This document shows positions 40,900 to 52,198 of a stretch of DNA of 64,000 nt, in pieces; the stretch's first letter is position 1, and each line of letters opens with the position of its first letter. The notes beneath the pieces were generated by a model. It was given only the letters and a program-made list of their open reading frames with translations, searched no databases and was not told the origin of the DNA. The stretch spans positions 18,847,360-18,911,359 of the forward strand of contig NC_043019.1 of NCBI RefSeq assembly GCF_006345805.1. Reading direction: 5' to 3'. The DNA is from Octopus sinensis (Eukaryota). Position numbers and translations under genes: made by a program.

Positions 40900-43800
40900 C
40901 CAACTTCGGTAGGCGCAGGGGAAGCTAACTTCTCTCCACCACGAGTTCCGAACGGAATTAACCCTGCCAACTCCTTCAACTATTAACCCTGCCCTGGCAC
41001 CACCCAACCTCCATTCTACTCCCACCATTGTAACCAATGCTGCTTGCCCTGCCTCCTCTCTTGATTCGCTTCCTCGATTGAGTTCCAATGCTGGCCCTCT
41101 AATGCAGCTCACCACCTGACTGTGCTCACACTAGCCAATACCTAAAAACAATTGTCACCTGCGCCACCAAAATCACCAAAAGAAGCTGTGTCCTCATCAC
41201 CAAGGCTCAAACCGAGAGGCTTCCATACTGGACCTGCAGTCTGTGCCACTTCAGCTCCATTGCACTCCGTAAAGACACCCCACACTCTAACAACTAGCTC
41301 TCTACTGAGGACTTTGCTACAGCCCTCCACTCGCCTTACTAGCACTTGCGCTGGTGGCACGTCAAAAAAAACATTTGAGCGAGGTCGTTGCCAGTGCCAC
41401 TGGACTGGTTCCTGTGCAGGTGGCACATAAAAAGCACCATTTGAGCATGGGTGTTGCCAGTACCACCTGACTGGCCCTCGTGCTGGTGGCACATAAAAAC
41501 ACCCACTACACTCTTGGAGTGGTTGGCGTTAGGAAGGGCATCCAGCTGTAGAAACTCTGCCAGATCAGATTGGAGTCTGGTGCAGCCATCTGGTTCACCA
41601 GACCTCAGTCAAATCATCCAACCCATGTTAGCATGGAAAGCGGACGTTAAACAATGATGATGATGATGAAGCTCATTAACTGGATCCCTAAGGGAGCTTG
41701 GAATAGCTTTGCTTGTGCACTCTCCAGCTTTCTGAAAAACGTATGCTTATCCAACAATACATCCAACTGGCAGAAACTGTTTCTGTTCCCTCTCATCTCT
41801 CTCCACATGCACAATGTGAAATTGGGCTCCCTTACATCCTCTCTCAAGCAACAGTTCCAGTTGAGTCCATTCCGACCACTTCTCACCTCAATCAGACATC
41901 AAGTAGGGTCCCTGCCGACAGGAAACTGATAAACCTCAAGCACACACTGAATGCCAAATTCAGTGAATTTGACATTAAAGAGGCTGTCTGTCTCCTCTCT
42001 TTTCTATTCTCCCTCATTCCGTGTAACTCTGAACCTCTTTAACATCTGAAAGAAAAGCACCCATCGGCACCCCCAGATAATCAGTTAAACTGGCCCAAAA
42101 CCCCAGAATACTTAAGACCGGTCTTCACCTCTGATAAGATCAGGAAAATGATTTCATCCTTCCCTGCTGGTTCAGGTGTGGTAATTGACGGCCTTTTTTC
42201 CTTATCGGCCGCTGACGCTGGACTCTTAAAGAATTTGACTCAGTTTGGGAACGTTCTCCCCTATATCCGCCCACTGTTCTTTGGTGCAAAATTATTTGGG
42301 CTCATTAAACCTTATGGAGACCTGTGTCCCATTGCACTTGGCTGCACTCTTTGCCATTTCACCACAAAGGTGTTTATAATTGGTCTCTAACCGACTAGTG
42401 GAGGAATTCCCCCCCCCCCCCAGCTAGAAGGAGTGGATATGAAATTGTGATGTGAAGCTGCTGCCCATGCTACCAGAACTTTTGCCAACTTACCCTCCTT
42501 GTCACTAAATGGTCATCCTCAAACTTGACCTCAGGAATGCATTCAACTCCATCAGCTGTGATGCTGTCCTCAGGTCAGTAGGTCCTCAGGTCACTGGGAG
42601 CCCTCCTCCTTCTCTTTCAATGACCAAATCATCACCTCTGCCTCAGGAGTCCAACAGGGCAACCCACTCAGGTCCGCTCTGTTCACACTGGACATTGATG
42701 ATATCACCAAGATGGGGGTCAAGCTAGACCTCAATGTCTGGTATCTCGACGCTTGTTTGTGGGGACCTCTGGACAGGGTTCTTGCCATTACAAACAAGAT
42801 GGTTGAAGAGCTTGGTCGTCAGGGTCTCCAAGTAAACACCACCAAATGTGAGCTCTGGATCCTCAACCAACCGGCTTCTCAACATCAACCAACTATAGAC
42901 CTATTTGCAGAGTCCTGTCCTCCCATTGCAGTCTCTCCCTCATTGATTTGGTGTTCTTTAGGAGCTCCAATTACTGACCTTGCCTTTGAGTCCATCTTCC
43001 AGTCGCAGGTGGCTGCCCTCAAGCAATTGCTGAAGAATATTGAAGCAATGAAACCCCATCAAGGTTCCTTCATATTTAGAAATTACCTTTCGATCCCTAA
43101 GCTTCTATATTTGCTCAGAGTCTGCTCCTCTCACTAATTCCCATCTTGCCTCCAATACTTTGACAACCTAATCTTTGAGAAACTCAAATACTTGGTCAAT
43201 GGGAGTTGGATGAAGCTCTCCAACACTGGAGTGTATTGGGCATGTCTACTTCTGAGAAAATGAAGAACTGTTGGAGTCAGAGAGCTTGGGACAACATAAT
43301 TTCAATGGACACCTTCGACTCTCTCTTCATCCAGTCAGACCAGTTTTCAAGGTGCCATTTATTGTCTGCTAATGCCTAATACCCAGGTAATTGGGTTGAT
43401 GCCATTCCTGTAGCTTACACTGGTGACCTGCTCAGCTTGGACAAACTTCATGCCCTCAGAGTGGGAGCTGTCGTTGTGGCAAGCTCCTTGACTCCACAGG
43501 CCTCAAGAGGAACTTGGCCCAAGTAAACATCCCCTTCATCTTGGAACCATCTAGGTTGTCCAGATGTGATGGGAAAAGACCTGACAGCCTCACTCTGTGC
43601 CCTTGGTTGAGAGGCAGATGCCTTGTCCTTTGCTTCTTCTCACATCCTGGATGCTGCAACCAGGGCAAGATCCACAGCTTCTGCAGCTGAGTGGAACAAA
43701 ATCCTGAAGTACTGCGATCTGTCGGCCAACTACATTTTCCATCCTGTGGCGTTCAAAACGTTTGGTGTGGTCAGACCACTGACCGCGAGATTCCTGTCTT

Positions 43801-43960
43801 CACTGGCAGCTCGCCTAGCAGAGGCAACTGGTGAAGTTCGTGAGGGCAGTTGGTTGTTCCAGCGCATCAGCTTTGCCATCACCCGCGGCAATGCTGCAAG
43901 CGTGCTGGCATGCCTCAACATTTTCAACCTAAGGTGGTGAATTGTATTTTTTTCTTCTTC
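40900..43960 (+). mobile_element. CRE-clade non-LTR retrotransposon relic (RT plus REL), interrupted by an RTE tail at about 41340-41670
   Basis: WIPKGA..W.KL; PIALGCTL; LKLDLRNAFNSI; GVQQGNP; VWYLD; GLQVNTTKCE; CDGKRPD; KILKY..FHPVAFKTFG..LFQRISFAITRGNA. The 5' boundary is uncertain. Confidence 0.8.
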
Positions 43961-44464
43961 TCATTCTTGTGTATATATTTAAGTCTAATATTTGACTTAT
44001 TGGATCCTGTGTTAATGATGATTCCAGGTGGGTTCCGACTATGAACTCATCCCAATGACATGAATTTTACAGAATATTTTTTTTTTAAATGTTTTTGATA
44101 GAATTGAGCTGGACTAAAACATTGCCTCGGTTTGAGTGTCTGACATGCTCTCTCTGGTCGATGGTGTCAGTGTCCAGCAACTAAGATTAATATATCAAAT
44201 TAATTCTTATACATTTTGTCTGTGTTGTAAATATTTCTAAAAATAACAAGTGATATCTTGCGAGTCGTGAAGTTTCTTGTAGGCTCTACCGATCCAGTAG
44301 TCTTCATGTTTCATCAGAGAGGTGGCATTGACAGGTCAGCCGTCCTAACAAACACAACTCTGAGCAAAAATATTCCAACCACGAACATTTATTCTATTTC
44401 ATTCTTCAGACATTGTAACCAAGACTATTATTATCCGATTTGTATCCCCCTCCCACACCTTTAA

Positions 44465-45527
44465 CCCTTTCGTTACTATATTTCTGACCAAAATACACCC
44501 CTCATGAGTTTCAATTAAATTCTAAAATCATCATGAATCTAGGCTTGTTTCATTAAATAACTGTAACTTTTTTACTTATCAACATTTTAATGTGATATTT
44601 GGAACATAATTAAAGAAAGGGTTCTTAATAAATTCTATTGCATAACTTTTGTCTCAAAGTGACTCTAATTACAGGTAAATTGAGCTAAAGGTAAAAATAT
44701 TAAAATTTTGTTTAAACATCACCATAGAAAATGAATCATCAGCTAATATTCAAATGGGTATGCAACAAAATTTTGATAAAGAAGAATTGTGCACATCACT
44801 AGATCATCAGTTGAATTTAATGCACAACAGGTGTACCATAAAGGTGGAATAAACTGAAATACTGGAATCCACCGCAAGTTTGACCGAACTAAAGAAATCG
44901 GTCAAAAAATAATATACAGCCCTGGTTATGGTATGGAAGTGATAAATTCCAGACCACATCGTTCCCTAGGCCATGCTGACTAACATTATTTTCCCTGTAT
45001 AAAAACTAAATCCACGCAGTACCCAGTATTTGCTTCACAAATTTTCCGAAATTTGAACCCCCATTTTGTGTTTGTTTACAATCTGCGTAAATTTGTTTCC
45101 GCATTGATCGCTTCAAACAATAACTTCCAGACCACATCATACCCTTAGCCATGCTGACTAACATTAGTTTCCCTGTATAAAAACTAAATCCACAACAGTA
45201 CCCAGTATTTGCTTCACAAATTTTCCAATTCGGAATCAATGCTTGATAACATGAAACTCCTATCCATTTTCAAAGTTGAAGAAAAATCGATGCCGAAAAA
45301 AATCTCCCAAAATTCAGGGAATTAAAATTACACGTCGATCGTTGTACAAAACTGTAGATGAACTGTTTACGAAGCATAATCACGTGTTTTCACGAATGTA
45401 CTAAAGAGATTTGCTCTGATATTCTCATTTAAATATGAATAGGTAAATTCGGGCGGGTTTGGGCGGTTTGGTAACATTAACCAAAATTTTTTTTCGGGTG
45501 GCTTTGGGCGGTTTGGTAACGAAAGGG
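44465..45527. mobile_element. piggyBac-derived non-autonomous element
   Basis: TTAA|CCCTTTCGTTAC ... GTAACGAAAGGG|TTAA; internal ~100-bp direct duplication (about 44945-45045 and 45126-45228). Confidence 0.85.
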
Positions 45528-46142
45528 TTAAATAAGAGATCCGAGTGTAGATTGAGATTTGACTGTTATTTCTAATTAGCAGCCTAGTGGATAGGACGAA
45601 TATTACACCATAGATAACTTATCACAGCAAAATTTCATTTAAAATATGCACTTTTCAGGAAGTTATGAGGAAACAAAGTGAGAGAAGGTCTTAGACCTGT
45701 AGCCATAGGAGAGGCTTGGGGGCATTGAGGGTGATCGCAGGTAAGCAAGGTGTTAATGATGGGAGCAGTACAGGGAGGGCAGAGAATGGGGGTGATTGGT
45801 GGAGAGACGGTAGGTGCAGTAAGAAAGGTAAGCCAGAGGGTCCATTCTGCTCTCAAGTGATAGAGCAAGGTTTCTAATAGCCATATTTGTTGTATAAAAT
45901 AAAGTCCAATTCATGATAATTCTCCTTTAGTTAAGGATCTCCAATTTATGCTATTTTCCATCACCATCTCATATGACGCTTTTGTTGGTCAGTTGATTGT
46001 AAATTCTAGCATTACTTAAACCCCTACCTCACTTTTTCCCCTACTTAAACCCCTACCTCACTTTTTTCCCTACTTAGTTCTTTTCTCTGTTTTTATTCAC
46101 AGATTTTATTTTTTTTTTTAGTCATTCAAAGTTGAAGGGAAA

Positions 46143-46526
46143 ATGTCTGAAATGAAACCACAACATCATGTGTTTTTACAATATTTCATGTCAAAAGGGC
46201 TTGTTGACTCAAAAGGAGTTCGTAACCTCTTCAAGTTATGTTGTAAAGATATGGTTGACGCAAGTTCCGTGACGAGCCAGAGTGAATGGATGCAGCAACT
46301 GGCCAACTTTGTAATCATCATCAACAACAACATTCGACCTTTTCACCTGAACATCCTGAAAGGCTTTGATGAGGATGATGGCACCAGCTATTACTGTCTG
46401 GTCAACACTTGTGACAATGCAGTCACACGCCTCTCTACAGACTACTCGGTCAATGAACTGGAACTTTTCAAGTTGTTTCTCGACCGTATTATGAGCTCAA
46501 ACGATGCATCAGTTGGATCTGTTCAG
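46143..46526 (+). CDS. NSMCE1: NSMCE1 (Nse1, SMC5/6 complex subunit) coding exon 1
   Basis: ORF MSEMKPQHHVFLQYFMSKG...FDEDDGTSYYCLVNT...ELELFKLFLDRI resembles the Nse1 winged-helix region. It ends CAG|GTTAGC at 46526 after 128 codons (phase 0) and joins exon 2 in frame. Confidence 0.9.
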
Positions 46527-48260
46527 GTTAGCAACATTATCTTGTATTTGTTTCAGTTACTGGATTGCAGCCATGCTAGGGCACCACTTTAAGGGGTTAA
46601 GCAAATTGACCCCACTACTTAATTTGGTATTGGTCGCATTAATTACTCGTGCCAACAGTGTTTAATTTTCATTTAAAACTTTACTCTGAAATTACTGTCC
46701 CTGATGAATGGGTACTTACAACTGTCTCATATCTCTAATAAATTTTGCTAATTTATAAATACAGCAATGGTTAAAATCTATATATGTGTGTGTATATATT
46801 GGCTCATCCCATTAATAATGTGGATTTTTTATACTTTCTTTTATTTTTCACAATTAAGATAAAGTTCTTTTTTAATCTAAAATATTCTCTCCTTCATTTT
46901 CTACAACGTTCTTCCATCCATCTGGTAGACTTGCAAAACCCCTCTTCCAAAATTCACTTGTCCATGATGTAAAGTACTCCTCCAGTACTGTTCTGGCCTC
47001 GTCTACAGAATTCATATTTTTTCCATCCAAATAATTTTGAAGACTACGGAATAGATGCTAATCAGATGAGGCAATGTCTGGCGAATATGGCGGATGGGGT
47101 TTTTCATTTCTGTAGACCACCTCTATGTTGTTTAGCCCTTCCAAGTCAGCCTAAGTGAGTAGACTTACCATAAAAAACATTCCAGCTTTGACCATCCTGT
47201 TTGATTTGAGGGAAAATATGGCAGACTAGTCAATCGACTACACAGAGGCTCTCTCGTTGATTTTTGCTCTCTTTAAAGGATGCACAGATCTGTGCTGGTC
47301 AGGATTACTATTAACATTTCATGTTTCATTATTTTGGTGGCATGGCTATTACAGTTGGACACCTTTCCTATCACCAACCAACACTTTGCAGAGTGTCCTG
47401 TTATTTTGTCCACAGTACAAAAGAGGTTGTCTTGTCTCTGGTCATTTATCGACTAACATCAGGGAGGTTGCCTTTATCCCCAGTGAAACCAAAGTCTAAT
47501 ATCCTTGAAAATTTCTGAAATGACAATGTTTTTGGCCATCGGTCTGCTTGATCAGGGCAGACCTGTGGCTAAACAATTCTCATATTAAACAGAGCAAGAA
47601 GAGTTCCTTCTTTTGTTGCATCTTGGGAGGGTCATTATGTTAATGATGAACATGCACATTGCTTCTATTTCACTTCTTTTATTAGTCAGCTTGTTAAGCG
47701 TTTAAACAATTATCTAATTGATTGCTTGATCAATCAATCAGCTAGCTTAAGCACTTCTGGAATAGAGACGGAGGACATGTCATTAATGAAGTCAAAAATG
47801 GTGACAAAAGGACTTTGACAAATCTGATCAATTGGCAGAATAATTAATCTTTGATTCGATTAGTTATTTGGTTAAATAGTTAACCATTTGACACTAATAA
47901 TAATAATTCTTTCTGCTATATGTGCAAGGCCTGGAATTTTGAGGTAGGGGGATGTTGATCACATTGACCTCAGCTTTTACTTATTTCATCCACCCTGAAA
48001 GGATGAAAGGCAAAGTTGACCTCAGCAGAAAATGAACTTAGATTGGAAGGGCGGACGAAATGCTGCTAAGCATTTTGCTGGGCATGCTAACGATTCTGCC
48101 AGTTGGCCACCTTAATAGTAATAATAAAGGAAGTTAAATAGAATGTTTAGTATTGGCATAATGACCCTCCCAACATGTTTCTTCACACAATTTCACGTCA
48201 AGAATCTTGCAAACCAAATACACAGAGTTCCTTCTCTTGTTGAAAACTGGTTGCAGATAA

Positions 48261-48686
48261 AGATTTTCGATCGAGTTTGGATTCTTTGCCATCAAATTTG
48301 AATTTTTCAATTGGTGCTCAAGCCTTGAAAACAAAAAAGAGAGTTAAACTACATCAGCCGAAAGGGAATAGATGTCTATCTTATCTAACTCGTCCAGTAG
48401 AGCCCACCAATTGATATCTGGAAAGTTCGATGAAATAACATAAACACCGCCATAGCTTTTACCAAAAGATGCTCCGTTACGTCGACCGGTCTGAAGAAGG
48501 GGAGATAATAAACGAATGATTCTTTTTCTATTATCTCCCCTTGTTCAGACCGGTTGAGAACGGAGCATCTTTTGTTAGAAGCCATCGCAGTGTTCATGAG
48601 TTATTTCATCGAACTTTTCAGTACTTTTTGGCACCAATTGAAAAATTCAAATTTGATGGCAAAGAATCCAAACTAGATCGAAAATA
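48261..48686. repeat. Long intronic foldback (two nested arm pairs)
   Basis: Outer arms 48261-48317 and 48631-48686; inner arms 48418-48510 and 48529-48621; 18-nt loop. Confidence 0.85.
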
Positions 48687-48810
48687 TCTATAATGTCCGA
48701 ATTTATAACTTTTCTTTCAAGTAGTCAACATGACAACAATAATGATTGGTAACTTCTGTGATGTGTTGTTGTAATTTGCTTTCATTTGCTCAATTTGTTT
48801 TCTTCACCAG

Positions 48811-49215
48811 GCCCTGAACCTGACTCATGAATTGGAAAAAAAGATGAGCAAAGACGATGCTCAGCGTTTCTTTGATCGGATGGTGAATGAAAAGTGGTTG
48901 AAAAGGACAATACGTGGCAAACTGCAGCTGTCAACACGAAGCATCCTTGAGTTGGACAATCATATTCGAAAAATGTACCCAGATTTGGTGGAACTGTGCA
49001 ACATCTGCAACCGTTTATGTCTGCAGGGTCAGTCGTGTCCAAAGTGCATGGCAAAGTTGCATATCTTCTGTGCAAAGCGTTACTTTGAAAACCAGGCAGA
49101 ACCAAAATGTCCAAAATGTTACACTCCTTGGACCAACACAAATCAAAACCGAGAATCTGTGCGTCGCTCCTCTCGCCGAAATACACCTATGTCATATGAA
49201 CAAATGGAAGAATAA
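48811..49215 (+). CDS. NSMCE1: NSMCE1 coding exon 2 with C4HC3 RING-like domain
   Basis: Acceptor TTTTCTTCACCAG|GCC, phase 0. Encodes ALNLTHELEKKMSKDDAQRFFDRMVNEKWL...LSTRSILEL...CNIC..CPKC..H..C..CPKC, stop at 49213-49215. Joined protein is 262 aa, the typical Nse1 size. Confidence 0.92.
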   Translation, partial: ALNLTHELEKKMSKDDAQRFFDRMVNEKWLKRTIRGKLQLSTRSILELDNHIRKMYPDLVELCNICNRLCLQGQSCPKCMAKLHIFCAKRYFENQAEPKCPKCYTPWTNTNQNRESVRRSSRRNTPMSYEQMEE

Positions 49216-51056
49216 ACTGTAAGATGGGGAAGAAAAACATGTTTGTAAAATATTGGTTCTCTTTCTGGCTTTCTTCTGCAGAATTTGCAAACAGTTATGG
49301 CTGAATATCAGTCCTGTACATTAATATTATTTTCTATGTTTTTATTTGTTATATTTTCTTCTCTGCTACTGTCCCCTTTTGTTCTGTTAATCTTCCTATT
49401 AAATTTTTTTCAAGTCCCTTACTCTCAGGTGATATTGTACTATGTCCAATGTAAATTACATCCTGATGTGTTCAACTGTTCTCTCAACCATAAAATTTGC
49501 TCCATCACTCTTAATCATCATCTTTCATTAACCTCTTAAAAACCACAGTTATCATGAGCCAATGCTGGAGCATCTACATAGTTACTCAACATGCTAGAAG
49601 TAGCAGCAAAAACTACCTCAAAACACTCCTTACCAACTTGGAAAAGAAGGAGGCCATTTGATAATGTGGTTTTGGGTGCACTGTATCTGGTAATAACAAG
49701 CGAGATGGTCATGGTTGGAACATCTTTAACTATAGGCACAGGAGTAGCTATGTAGTAAGTAGCTTGCTTACCAACCACATGGTTCCGAGTTCAGTCCCAC
49801 TGCTTAGCACCTTGGGCAGGTGTCTTCTTCTATACCCTCAGGCTGACCAAAGCTTTGTGAGTGGATTTGGTAGACAGAAACTGAAAGAAGCCCATCGTAT
49901 ATATATGTGTGTGTGTCTGTGTTTGTCCTCCCAACATTGCTTGACAACCGATGGTGGTGTGTTTACATCCCTGTAACTTAGCGGTTCAGCAAAAGAGACT
50001 GATAGAATAAGTACTAAACTTCCAAAGAATAAGTCCTGGGGTCGATTTGCTAGACTAAAGGCTGTGCTCCAGCATGGCCACAGTCAAATCACTGAAACAA
50101 GTAAAAAAAGTATAGACCAGCTCAATCAGATGACCTGAGAAGAATTTTTCATTTTTAATTGGTGGCTTAATCTAGAAGAAGCAGTTGTGGCTGTGGAAGA
50201 CCAGCGAATTCAAAATGGTTAGTGTTCCTCTTGGACTGTTGCAAGAAAGGAATTATAAAGGGTCAACCGTTTGTGGGTAGGGGTTGACAAAAGGGTTAGT
50301 AGAGGAGGACTGGGTGGTGATGAATGAATGACGGATGACATACAAGGACATGGAACAAAACTAGGCATCTGCTAGAAAGAGAAGTTAGTGTGGTTGTTGC
50401 TGGAGAAAAGACAGAGGGAGGATGAGATAGCATGTGTGTGGAAGAGAAGCTGTGACTTCATGTCAGTCAGTTGGATTGCCTTCCTAGGATATCTGTATAT
50501 GTATTATCTCAGGTGTGGGAACAATCCTTCTCCCACTGCTCCTCATCATCATTGGCTTAACACCCTCTTTCCCTGGTTTCAATAAGTCACATGCAATTGG
50601 TCATGGCAGATTTTCTACAACCGGATGCCCTTTCCTGCTGCCAGTCCTCATCTCTTTCCAGGCAAAGTAATATTTCCCTAGGGTCATCACTTGCCCTTTT
50701 GCAACCATCATGTACACACATACACATGATGAGCTTCTTTTAGTTTCCATTGACCAAATCCTCTCTCAAAGCTTTGGTTGACCTGGGGCTATATGGAAGA
50801 AGACCCCAATGTGTTGAACCTGAAATCACATGGTTATGGAAGCAAGTCATACCTCCACCTAATTGTTGGAGGCAGGATCATTTTCTGTCCCTAATTTAGG
50901 CTTGTTATTGTTAAATTGAGAAGGTTTGTTTATCAGAAGGGATTCCAAATGGTGCTGAAGCATTCCCGGTGATCTTAAAGGTTTTAACAACATTTTCTTG
51001 GTTTCTTCAACCTGTTTTCCTCACTGTCCCTTGGTTTTTCCATACTTCTCTTTAGC

Positions 51057-51330
51057 CATGTCGTTTTCACATCCACGTTTTCCATGCTGGCTTCCGTGCC
51101 GGTGGCACGTAAATAGCACCAACCGATCGCAGTTGTTGCTGGTCCCTGTGCGGGTGGCACGTAAAAAGCACCCGCTACACTCTTGGAGTGGTTGGTGTTA
51201 GGAAGGGCATTCAGCTGTAGAAACACTGCCAGATCAGACTGGAGTCTGGTGCAGCCTCCTGGCTTCCCAGACTCCAGTCGAACCGTCCAACCCATGCCGG
51301 CATGGAAAATGGATGTTAAACGATGATGAT
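51057..51330 (+). mobile_element. RTE 3' tail fragment
   Basis: Shared RTE tail ending in GATGATGAT. Confidence 0.75.
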
Positions 51331-51356
51331 GCATTGGTCAGAATAAAAGTTATTAA

Positions 51357-51577
51357 CCCTTTCGTTACTGTATTTATTTTGAGATGCTCTGTGTTTCCTT
51401 CAATTATTTTAAATATAACAAAGAATTCAGTAAAATAACTTGGTTATCGTTAAGCTAGTGTTAGGAACATAAATTGTGACTAAGGTTTGGTGGAAGATTT
51501 TAATTCAAAGCTCATGAAAACAAGACATTTGTACTACAGAGCCAGAGCCGGTTTTGGCCGGGTTATTAACGAAAGGG
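51357..51577. mobile_element. piggyBac MITE with the same termini as 44465-45527
   Basis: TTAA|CCCTTTCGTTA ... TAACGAAAGGG|TTAA. Confidence 0.85.
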
Positions 51578-51845
51578 TTAAGGTCGTATTCTTAGGGTAG
51601 ATGCTCTTCCTTTTACCAAATTATGTGTTTCAAGTAAGGAATATTTATAGCTTTACACAAGGAAACCATTGAGGAATGTGATGTGTTATAGGAGATGGAA
51701 ATAAATATGCTACTTAAATAATGTCAGTGGGAAGATACACACACACACACGTGTGAGTGTATGTGTGTGTATATATATATACATACATATATATTTAAAA
51801 TGGGGTGATTAAAATCAAAATAAGCAACAAGGATATCCAAAGGTA

Positions 51846-51935
51846 ATGCAGTACGATCGTTTCATGCTACTTCATTTAATTAAACAATGCAAATATTACA
51901 TCAGTTTTAAAATGTAGAGCAATCTTCAGCTGCAT
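51846..51935 (-). ncRNA. Type I hammerhead-ribozyme-like motif
   Basis: Minus strand: AUGCAG-CUGAAGA-U-UGCU..AGCA-U-GAAA-CGAUCG-UA/CUGCAU. Stem I is 6 bp, stem III is palindromic (ACGAUCGU), the site is GUA, and the base of stem II is a non-canonical U-U. Confidence 0.65.
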
Positions 51936-52108
51936 AAAAATATAGAATTTAGTTAAATTAAAAAGATTGAAAAGATTCATTTTTATACTTATTCCATTTA
52001 CCAACATCACTAAGAGGGTAAGTAGGTAGACAAAGAAATACGTTTCATCAACAGAAACATGGTAGTGATCTTTTCAATCTTTTTAATTTAACTAAATTTT
52101 ATATTTTT

Positions 52109-52198
52109 ATGCAGCTGAAGATTGCTCTACATTTTAAAGCTGATGTAATTATTGTATTGTTTAATTAAATGGAGTTGCGTGAAACGATCGTACTGCAT
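52109..52198 (+). ncRNA. Type I hammerhead-ribozyme-like motif (weaker stem II)
   Basis: ATGCAG-CTGAAGA(52115-52121)..GAAA(52181-52184)-CGATCG-TA-CTGCAT. Confidence 0.55.

Noticed and set aside
46527-46592. Extension of the NSMCE1 ORF as listed in the ORF track (149 aa)
   Set aside because: It is read-through into the intron; splicing at 46526 restores the full Nse1 protein.
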